Assembly (NCBI RefSeq): GCF_963676685.1
Contig: NC_092345.1
Location: 106,144,001 to 106,208,000 of the forward strand
Source of the DNA: Mytilus edulis
Taxonomy: Eukaryota
Direction of reading: 5' to 3'
DNA: 64,000 bases
In this document: one piece after another, positions 38,695 to 49,600 of the stretch
Numbering within the stretch: position 1 is the stretch's first letter
Layout: each line of letters begins with the position of its first letter
Position numbers and translations under genes: made by a program
The notes under the pieces: generated by a model
What the model was told of the DNA's origin: nothing
What the model saw: the letters and a program-made list of their open reading frames with translations, nothing else
Database searches by the model: none

Positions 38695-41629
38695 ATGGCT
38701 TGGCGGGCTCTATGGCAACTGACCATGGGAGAATCACCGGAATTAGAAGACTTCCTTAGTCCAGTCACAGGAAGTTTGGTTTATTTCATCGTAACAATGG
38801 GCACGGGAGTTATATTCCGTGTTTTGAATAAACAGTACTCTCCTGCATGGTGCCAACAATACATCGCTGATTTTTCAGCCACTTTGGAAATGTGTGCCTA
38901 CTTCTTCGAAAATAACTTTATAATGAAGCACTATGGTGCTATATGGTTATTCATTGCGGTTGTTGTCCAGTGCTTGGTAGCAAACCGAACATATTTCGGT
39001 GCTTCAGAGAATCCAGTTAAATCGTTCTACGATTTATGTACAAATAAAATAAGTACAAAAACTGCTATTACTAAGATATTAGTACAGACTTTAGCTGGTG
39101 CCACGTCGTATTATTTCGCTAGAATGGTTTGGGCTTTAGATCTTGTAGAGGATCACCGGGAAAGGTATTTAGAAACTGTCTGTGATACGGATCTTTCTGT
39201 TGCCTTGACCGTCGGACTGACCATTGAACTAGGAGCCACTTTGATTGACACATGGTTAGGTTTGCAGACCCTGGTTCCACAATCATTCATCGACGAAGTC
39301 CTGAAGTGTTCTAATGGTGCATTCATGATTGTCATGGGTAAATTATTTTGCAACACACAATATTTGCATATATATAATATATATTTACACATTACGTCTC
39401 AGTTCAAGAATTTAGTATGTACACTGCTCGGTCAACAAACTTATCTTAAACAGTTTTAAAAAGCAAACACGAAATCAGAAGATTCTTAGTTTAAACTAAG
39501 ATTACGTAATAATAACACCTAGCCTATCACATCCGTACTATCCTTCACAATTTGTAAAGTAAACCATTATAGGCCATAGTACGACCTTCAACACGGAGCT
39601 TTGGCTCACACCGAACAGCAAGCTATATTAAGGGCCCCAAAATGACTAGTGAATACGGTCTTTTCTATATACAAAAACGAGAAATGAAAAACACTTATGA
39701 ACCACATCAAACGACAATCACTGAACATCCTGAGTTAGGACAGGTGAAAAAAATGCATCGGGTTTTAAACGTTTTAATAGGCCGCGACCAACCTTCACCC
39801 AACCTGAAACACTGAATAGTGTTATATTAATTAGAATTGCTAAACTCTATCAAAAGACATATCGACAAAAACAAGTAAACATAATCAGGAGCCTGTAATT
39901 CAGTGGTTGTCGTTTGTTTATGTGTTACATATTTAAAAGAAATTTTTTTTTTACATAAATAAGGCCGTTAGTTTTCTCGTTTGAATTGTTTTACATTGTC
40001 TTATCGGGGCCTTTTATAGTTGACTATGCGGTATGGGCTTTGCTCATTGTTGAAGACCGTACGGTGACCCATAGTTGTTAATGTCTGTGTCATTTTGGTC
40101 TTTTGTGGATAGTTGTTTCATTGGCAATCATACCACACTTTTTTTTTTTTTATATATACACTGATTGTATGATGTACATAAGAACATCTTATCATCATGT
40201 ATTATTACGAAACAACTGCTCTGTTCATCGTGTATGATCACTGTGTATCATTGGTACAGCGGATATAGCTGTATAGGTACTTCGAAGCGCGAAAAACTAT
40301 ATACAGTACATGCATTTAGCTATGCACCGTACAGGATATATGTGGTCATCTATACACCGTTCACAACGCTTCTTGTCGGAATAAAATATCGAAAAAAACA
40401 TATGTATGAAAAATTTCAATTGAAACAGCTATACTTGTTACGCACATACAGTGGCCTTCTATCCGAAAAACAGTTGCAATGAATATAGAATCATATCGGA
40501 TGAGACGAGCGCTAACTTCTTTGACAAGTATATTCACATGTTTTAGTAAGCGTGGTTGTTTTGGGAAAATAATGAGACTTCTCTCTAATCACCAACCTAC
40601 GACCAGATCATTTCTTAAAACAACAATTATGTTTAGATTGAAGAACACATTGATATTATGTAAACAAAACAAAGATTTTCATACCGTGTCAGAAGAAAAA
40701 TTGATTACGACCGCTTGGTTAGTACCTATATCCGCTGTACCGATGATACACGGTGATGATGAACAAAAGAACAGCTTTTCACCATGTGTGATGTGCAAAA
40801 GTGCATCTTTTTATCGTGTATGATGTACAAAAGAACATCTTTTCACCATGTGTGATGTACAAAAGAACATCTTTTCAGCATGTGTTATGTACAAAAGAAC
40901 ATCTTTTCAGCATGTGTGATGTACAAAAGAACATCTTTCATCGTGTTTCATGTACAAACGAACATCTTTTCAACATGTATGATGTACAAAAGATACTTTC
41001 CATCATGTTTTATTACCATCTGCTCACCATGTATGAAGTACACAAAAGAGCATCTTTTTTTGCATTTTATGATGCACAAACGAACATTTTTAAAACTATT
41101 TATGATGTACAAATTAAACTCTTTTTCATAATCTAAAACATCAATTAGTTATATAGACAAAATTTTGCATCGTGGTATATCTTGTTATTTAGGACTGCAT
41201 GTAAAAAGGAAAGTACGGTACTCCAGTAATAGATTTAGTGACATGCATTTTTGCTTTAAAAAAAACCCCAACCGATCGATACAATAGAGGCCTTCTTTTA
41301 CTTTAGGGGTTCCAACCCTTAAAGAGCTGTACTAAATCTTCCTTAACCCCAAAATAGAAATAATGTCTATCGCTGCTTTTATATCCTTTTACTCTGAAAC
41401 TTTATCGAATTGTTATTTTTATCTAGGAATGCACTTAACAGGAATGTATTTTAATCCAGCCATGGCGTTTGGTCACATGTTTGGTTGCAGAGGAACCTCA
41501 GCATGGGAACATTTCATAGTGTATTGGATTGGACCATTCATTGGTTGTTATATGGCTCTTGTCTTTGATAATAAACTACATATCGATGTAACAAAATCTA
41601 AGATGGATACCGAAAAAAAGGAGAAATGA
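38695..41629 (+). CDS. Unorthodox aquaporin (AQP11/AQP12-like superaquaporin), ~281 aa
   Basis: Exon 38695-39337 (acceptor TTGCAG just upstream of the ATG; donor G|GTAAAT) plus exon 41427-41629 (acceptor TCTAG), joined in phase 1. Multiple hydrophobic helices. The first NPA box is deviated (ENPV); the second is GMYFNPAMAFGHMFGC with the Cys at +9 typical of AQP11/12, followed by the VYWIGP motif. Confidence 0.9.
39886..40150 (+). repeat. Abundant dispersed repeat family (reference copy)
   Basis: Related copies at ~2760-3030, 22010-22320, 22530-22640, 24790-24900 and 56870-57050, and reversed at ~1-160 and 39560-39810. Shared motifs: TTGTTGAAGGCCGTAC and GTTGTCTCATTGGCAATCATACCACATCTT. Confidence 0.7.
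40239..40755. mobile_element. Transib-like MITE (CAC...GTG termini, 5-bp TSD) in the aquaporin intron
   Basis: Left end CACTGTGTATCATTGGTACAGCGGATATAG; right end reverse-complemented CACCGTGTATCATCGGTACAGCGGATATAG. ATGAT is duplicated at 40234-38 and 40756-60. Confidence 0.75.
40760..41110. repeat. ~32-bp degenerate minisatellite
   Basis: TGATGTACAAAAGAACATCTTTTCA.CATGTG units. One more unit lies left of the MITE at ~40166. Confidence 0.8.
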
Positions 41630-41704
41630 TTTATTTCATTTTACGACGTTTCCCGAGTTTATCTTTCCAGTACAAGAGGTTGCTTACCTGTTTTGTAGTG
41701 CTTT

Positions 41705-42903
41705 ATTCTAATGCAATCTTTAAGAAACAACGTTTTTCACTGGCTCAAATTTACCGTCAAAACTTCATTGCCAGTGACATTCCTTGCCATGACGTTAATG
41801 CGCCAAAATAATTCATGAAATTTCGCGGAATTTAATTAATCTGTTATTTATACATTTTTACAACTTCTAATATACCTTTCTGTTTTGTGATATATTATAA
41901 AAGGAATAACAATACTGTAGTTGAAGAATTGAAGTCATTAATTGGGATAGGGAGGTCGATCCCAAAAATCCGTTTTATGATATCCGCAACGCGTCGACAG
42001 TAAAACTGCATTTGCGCCGTCGAATTAAGGATTCTAATGCAACAACGTTTGTAACGTTCATTTTGTTTGGATAACGTCACTTTCTTACATGGCATCAATT
42101 GACAATTGATGCTATGGGACGTACACGCAAGCGCAGACGGCATATGACAGATTATTTATACATGTTTTAACGTTGTTTTCTGTCAGTTTCATTAGAATGG
42201 AGATAACAATAATGTATTTTAAGCTCCGACGGCATCAATTTGGGGATTTGATGGTCGCAAATACCCATTTACTGTCTCCGCTAACGCGTCGCCAGTAAAC
42301 TTAATTTGCGACCATCAAATCCCCAATTGATGCCGTTGGAGCTTAAAATACAATACAGTTATCTCCTAAATAACAGTACTGTAGTTGAAGAGTTGCCACC
42401 GTCAATTGTAGATTTGACGGTCGCAAATGCAGTTTTACTGGCGACGCGTTGCGGAGACAGTAAAACGGAGATTTGCGACCGACAAATCAAAATTGACGGT
42501 GGCAACTCTTCAACTACAGTACTGTTATTCCGATTCTAATGCATTTCAAAAAGAAATAATACGATAAAACTTGGAAAAATTTCTAAATTTGACAAATAAA
42601 AAAAAATCCGCGAAACTTCATGAACGATGAACGTCATAGGTAAACGTGACGTCATACAAATGAAAACTTACAAACTGGAGGTTATTACGTTATCTGTACG
42701 CTTCAAATTCAGATAAATTTACATAAAAACGGCGAATTCGAGGTAGGTGTTGTTTTATTTTCGATTATGTAGTAGTAATCGAACATTTGTTGATTCAATC
42801 ATTTCAAAATGGTTGTCCCTCCTTAGTTACGCCTGGTCAACTGTGGATTTGACGGCAACTTTTAGCCAATGAAAAAAATGTTACATACAAATTGCATTAG
42901 AAT
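41705..42903. mobile_element. Composite fold-back element with nested hairpin MITEs just downstream of the aquaporin stop
   Basis: Outer TIR ATTCTAATGCAAT/ATTGCATTAGAAT with further imperfect internal pairing. Inner palindromes at ~42198-42367 (GGAGATAAC...GTTATCTCC) and ~42368-42530 (ATAACAGTACTGTAGTTGAAGAGTTGCCACCGTCAAT and its inverse). Confidence 0.75.
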
Positions 42904-43299
42904 CGCTAATTGACGACGACAACTCTTAGTTTAAACACATTTATGTATAGTGGATTGGAAAACAAGTTATTGTAACTTATATTAATCCCTTTCAACTTTG
43001 CGGTTGCGAGTGCTGCCTTGACTTTCAAATGGTTTCAAGGGAGAGCCGAACATTCAGTTCGTGAAATTTTCTCCCAAGAGCGGGGATCGAAACAAGAACC
43101 TTTGTGTTCTTGAACTACAGTACTGTCATTCCTCTTAAATAGCAGTAGCTTTTGTAGCACTATATGATGGTTTAAGAATGCTATAAGGATCTAAGAATAA
43201 CACCTACCAAACCATTACTGATTTGACAATCCATGAATAAGCAACTTACTAATTATCTAATGCAGATTATATGAATCATATTTTATTATTTCTCGTTAA

Positions 43300-44155
43300 T
43301 TGGTCCAAGGTCACTTGTCCTATTTGAAACTGGTTGTTCATTAATAGATAGTTCACACTTGTCGTGGGCATTGTTGTCAATTAATAAGAAAATAGTACAT
43401 TTGTCCAGGTCAGAAACTCTATATTCATTAATAGCAACATTTTACACTTGTCCCAGATAAGAAACCGCCTGTTCATCAACATTGACATTTTACTCTTTTT
43501 CCAAGCCAAAAATCTGGGGTCCATTTATAATCCCAGACTAGCGGTATCCATTGATAATAACATTAAACACTTTTCTCCAGGCCTGATGCCCATTATAAGT
43601 ATTTTTTACACTTAGGCCCAGGCCTGGGTGCTCAATTATAATTATAAGCTTTACACTTGTTTAAGACCCGTGTCCTCTTTGGTAAATATTAACACTAGTC
43701 CAAGGCCTCAATGTCATTAATAATAATCAGTTAACACATATAATTAACATTTTAACACTGGTGCCGATTATAGTTCTAGGTCTGGGTGCCAAATAATAAT
43801 TGTCATTTAACACTTGTCCATGGCCTGAGTGTCCATTAATATTTAACATTTGTCTTAGACCTAGTACCCATTAACATTGAAAATTAGTACTTGTCCTAGG
43901 CCTAGGTGTCTATTTAACAATATAGCTTTAAACTCTTCCCTAGCCCTGGGTACAAATATTTAGTCCCATTAAGTACTTGTCCTAGGGAAGGATGTCAATT
44001 GATATTTTAAAATACAGCAATATGATGGTGCAATCAATACATGTCATACTTGTTTAAATGTGAGAAACTTGTTTGAAATTTGTAAATCTTGTTTAAATAG
44101 TGTAAAACTTGTTTGAAATGTGCAAACCTTGTTTGAATTATGTTAACCTTGTTTA
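43300..44155. repeat. Degenerate tandem repeats (~45-bp ACACTTGTCCAGGCC family followed by ~20-bp AAACTTGTTTGAAAT)
   Basis: Periodic recurrence of these motifs. Confidence 0.55.
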
Positions 44156-44555
44156 TATATATATATTTACTAACCTTATTGTTGATTTATATTACATTGT
44201 TCAATAAAAAAATTAGTATTTCAGTTTATGTGCTGAGTTTTTCTCTCAATCCGTACAAAATATTAACCGCAGCATAATGAATTGGTGTACCATAACACAT
44301 AAGAATTAGAGAAGGCAAGAAAGCTACAACCAGAGAGCTACTTATCACATGTTCAGACAAAAAATCAGTTAATAAATAACTCAGACATTAGAAAAGTGAC
44401 TGCACAAGAAAAAATCATTAAAATTTCAAATAATATAACAAAAAATATTTCCTCCAGTATCCACAAATTCATCAATCTTCCTAGGACAGAAATGAGACGG
44501 ACATCTATTCTTTCAAACCTAACCACACATCAACTATTGATGACCTTTCATGTAC

Positions 44556-45972
44556 ATTGAGAAACAGACCTTAATCTCACCTCTTGACTTTGACATTGAG
44601 GAACAGACCTCAATCTCACCACTTGACCTTGACATTGAGAAACAGACCTTAATCTCACCATTTGACTTTGACATTGAGGAGCAGACCTTAATCTCACCAC
44701 TTGAACTTGACAATGAGAAACAGACCTTAATCTCACCACTTGACTTTGACATTGAGGAACAGACCAAAATCTCACCACTTGACCTTGACATTGAGGAACA
44801 GACCTTAATCTCACCTCTTGACTTTGACATTGAGACACAAACCTTAATCTCACCACTTGACCTTGACCTTGAGAAACAGACCTTAATCCCACCACTTGAC
44901 CTTGACATTGAGGAACAGACCTTAATCTCACCACTTGACCTTGACAATGAGGAACAGACCTTAATCTCACCACTTGACTTTGACATTGAGGAACAGACCT
45001 CAATCTCACCACTTGACCTTGACATTGAGGAACAGACCTTACTCTCACCACTTGACTTTGACATTGAGGAACAGACCTTAATCTCACCACTTGACATTGA
45101 GGAACAGACCTTAATCTCACCACTTGACTTTGACATCGAGGAACAGACCTTAATCTCACCACTTGACCTTGACAATGAGGAACAGACCTTAATCTCACTA
45201 CTTGACTTTGACATTGAGGAACAGACCTTAATCTCACCACTTGACCTTGACATTGAGGAACAGACCTTAATCTCACCACTTGACTTTGACCTTGAGGAAC
45301 AGACCTTAATCTCACCACTTGACTTTGACATTGAGGAACAGACCTTAATCTCACCACTTGACCTTGACAATGAGGAACAGACCTTAATCTCATTACTTGA
45401 CTTTGACATTGAGGAACAGACCTTAATCTCACCACTTGACCTTGACAATGAGGAACAGACCTTAATCTCACCACTTGACCTTGACAATGAGGAACAGACC
45501 TTAATCTCACCACTTGACTTTGACATTGAGGAACAGACCTTAATCTCACCACTTGACCTTGACAATGAGGAACAGACCTTAATCTCACCACTTGACTTTG
45601 ACATTGAGGAACAGACCTTAATCTCACCACTTTACCTTGACAATGAGGAACAGACCTTAATCTCACTACTTGACTTTGACATTGAGGAACAGACCTTAAT
45701 CTCACCTCTTGACCTTGACAATAAGGAACAGACCTTAATCTCACCACTTGACTTTGACATTGAGGAACAGACCTCAATCTCACCACCTGACCTTGAAGAA
45801 CAGACCTCAATCTCACCACTTGACCTTGACATTGAGAAACAGACCTTAATGTCACCACTTGACTTAGACATTGAGGAACAGACCTTAATGTCACCACCTG
45901 ACCTTGACATTGAGGAACAGACCTTAATGTTACCACTTGATCTTGACATTGAGAAACAGACCTTAAAATTGA
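44556..45972. repeat. 39-bp minisatellite, ~36 copies
   Basis: Unit TTGACATTGAGGAACAGACCTTAATCTCACCACTTGAC(C/T). It generates periodic ORFs on both strands. Confidence 0.95.
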
Positions 45973-46672
45973 CATATACATATACTGTCTGCAACCAATC
46001 CACATTAGGCTATGGGGAACTATCAGTAGGAGCATGTATTATACTGGAATCATTTTTGGTAAACATACAATTTTTTTTCCAAATTTCAACAATTCAAAAT
46101 AAAAATTTGGAAAAAAAATTAAATAAAATTACTGACCTACCGACCCAATTTTTTGAAAGGCTGTACCTGGAACCACACATATATTTTTATTTGGCCTTAG
46201 CAAATAAGGTAATTTCAAAAAATTTTGCAATGCTTCATTAGGTGGAAAATAGGGAAGAGATCTGACAATGTCACTAAAACAAATCTGGCATCTAAATTTA
46301 GAAAGCATTATTTGTATGTTGTAATACCTTTTAAAATTCCAATTACACTTCGAATTGTGTTGATGGTCAAACAACCACCATAATAAATGCTCACAATATT
46401 TTCAGAATTAACAGTAGTGTTGACCTACCATATATAGAAACTCAGGAAAAGACCTCATTCAAAAACATGTATGAGGATGAGGCAATATTACATGTCAGAC
46501 AGACATAGACCCCTAACAACTCATCTATATTTCAAATATTCTAGACTTATCAGACATCATCCTGAACTGAAACATGATATCTTGTCCTTTTGCGTATGGT
46601 CTTGTTGATAAAAATGCAACACCAGTAATATTATAATTCATTTTTTTAATATATATATTTAATTTTGACAAA

Positions 46673-49600
46673 TCACCAATTAAAATTAGGTGGTTGTTGA
46701 CAAATCCTTGAATTAAATATCGTCATTTCTTCTAGGTGTTTTCTGGGTATATTCTTCATAACGTATGCTGCATTCTCGTCAAACAATGGCCATATGGCTA
46801 AACTAAGTGCTGGACGGACAGATTCATATCTGTAAATATAAAGCATTATGTTTAATTCTAAAATGAGATTACCACATTCCAAGAACTTTAAAGTTGATTG
46901 TAAAAGTACTATAGTATTATTATAATTTTAAATGATTTGTATATGGATGTCCCAATCTGGCATGTTGTTTATATAATTATTTTAGTATATCTGTAAACAA
47001 TATTGAAAATATTTTCCCACCTCAGCTGCTGCTTGATGGGAACAGACAAACCGAAGAGATATCAACAGATTGATCTTAAGCCACCAAACAGCCCAAATTA
47101 CCTTGTTTTACTTCACCCTTCTGATGTACAGAAGTTTCCAGCACCCTGAGTGAGGAACGACCTAGGATCTTCAGCACTGTAGTCTTCAGATAATTTTAAT
47201 ACCAACTTGTTTAATAAGGAGATTATCACAATAACTAGTTACATATTTAAGGAAAATTATCACAATAACTAGTTACATATTTAAGGAAAATTATCACAAT
47301 AACTAGTTACATATTTAAGGAAAATTATCACAATACCTTGTCACCAATGTAAGGGAGATAATTATGATTCCTATTAACCTGTATAAGGGAGATAATCACA
47401 ATACCTAGACCTACTAACCTATATAAGGTGGCAGGTACCAGTTTTGGTGTACCAGAACATGTGTCCCACGCAGAAATTTTGTTATAGTTAAGCATTGAGG
47501 TATATAATTGCATCATGTGAACTAAAAAAAATAAATGAATGTAAATTCTAGGCTAGTGTACTACACAAGTAAGTAGTTGCATACACAGGATGGGGATTTC
47601 CTTCACACATGGGTCCAATCAGATGTCAAAATTGTGGTCTCCTCACTTGACGGCATCCATTCAAAGTGGGGAAAATATTCATTTTCTTGTAAACAAAAAT
47701 ATCTTGAGATTTTGATGGTAAGGATAGGTTCGGACAAGGCTCTAATTCACTAAATATCCTTTATCTCTTGAATTTTGCCTAAAACTCTTGTCGGCTTTTA
47801 GCAGGATTCTGCAGGTGAGAATTAGATTGGTATCAGAGCATCACATTTTTTGCCTTATTTGCAATGCATTTATAAATTTTAAAATCTCCATGCTGGACAG
47901 TCATCCACATTTAAAGGTTTTCTATATATTTACATAAGCACGCACACATCTTAGTTCCTTGAAACCATACATTTTATTTGTATATAAGCTTGAATGAATT
48001 TTCAAGAAAATAAAATCATAAATCCATGAAATTCTAAAGATTTATTGCAAAATAACTGGTTTCTGCCACCTAAGAGAGATAATTACAATACCTTGTCACC
48101 AATGAAAGGGAGATAATCATGATTCCTATTATAACCTATGTAAGGGAGAAAATCACAATATCTGTACCTACTAACCTATGTAAGGGAGATAATCACAATA
48201 TCTGTACCTACTAACCTATGTAAGGGAGATAATCACAACATCTAGACCTACTAATCTATGTAAGGGAGATAATCACTACCCACTTACCTATATAAGGGAG
48301 ATAATTACAATACCTACTTACCTGTCTTTAAGTGATTTCTGTAGTTTTTTACATAAAGACTGTGTGGCATCTGTAAATAACTGAACAACCACCAAGGATT
48401 CCACCTGTAAACAAGGGTTGGATGAATGTTTTAACCACAATATTTCAAACTATATAATCTTGGTTGAAATAAATTAATGTTAAATAAGATGGAATATTAT
48501 TTCTCTAAAAGTAATTTCATTTTGATTTGAGTTTGTGTTTGCTAGGAACTTAAGTTAAACACAAAAGGACAAACACTTGGAAAGAATGATATTTCCCCTA
48601 TTAAATTCATTGGTAGAGGAAATAATTAAAATGCTTACAATTTTAAAACTTCAGTAATGGCTTATTCCACTTACTGATCTCAAATTAAAGCAATAACAAA
48701 TTCCATTGATTTACCTTTTCCATCAAATACTCCACTGCAGAACTATCTATGATGCCATTTTTTGACACCACACAGAACCTCTCTAGGGTCTTGCACTTCG
48801 ATAGAGAAGTACAGAATGTCTTGTCAATTGAAAGATAAGAATGCTCCAATCTGAAATATAACGAGAGTGTTCCTTTTATAGTAATGAAAAGCGAAAGGTT
48901 GAATATTTTATATCTAAATTCTGTATCCCACTTATTGTTACAACAAATTATGTTTTTCTTTGAACTTTTAGAACTGTTGGTTTTTATATATGCTGTGATT
49001 TGATTTTATGGTCATGTTCAACTGTTTTGATTGTTGCTGTTGTTATTGAAAGTCTAAAATTCTGCCCAAAGTGCTTGTTTCCTTTTCTTGTTGTAATCAT
49101 TATAGATTTGTAAATGTGTATGCATATTAGACATAACCCTATCAAACTTACCTAAAATCCTTTAAAGCTTCCATATATGGATAGGCCTGACAGAGCTGAA
49201 TTATGAACATACAGTGTGCCGTCAATACAAGATAAAACCCTATTGAACTAACCTAAAATCTTTTAAACTTTCCATGTATGGGAAGGCCTGACAGAGCTGA
49301 TTTATGTAAATACAATGTGTCGTCAGTCCAAGATAAAGCCCTATTAATTGTTGTCGCTTTGACTTATTCCCCATTTCCTTTCTCAATTTTATTATTAAAC
49401 TTACCTAAAATCTTTTAAAGCTTCCATGTATGGGAAGACCTGACAGAGCTGATTTATGTAAATACAATGTGTCGTCAGTCCAAGATAAAGCCCTATTAAT
49501 TGTTGTCGCTTTGACTTATTCCCCATTTCCTTTCTCAATTTTATTATTAAACTTACCTAAAATCTTTTAAAGCTTCCATGTATGGGAAGGCCTGACAGAG

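Noticed and set aside
40165-41136. Cys/His-rich ORFs resembling zinc fingers
   Set aside because: They derive from the 32-bp minisatellite and the MITE inside the aquaporin intron.
44534-46241. Long ORFs of 356, 495 and 563 aa
   Set aside because: They are translations of a 39-bp (multiple of 3) minisatellite, open on both strands, with no signal peptide or unique domain.
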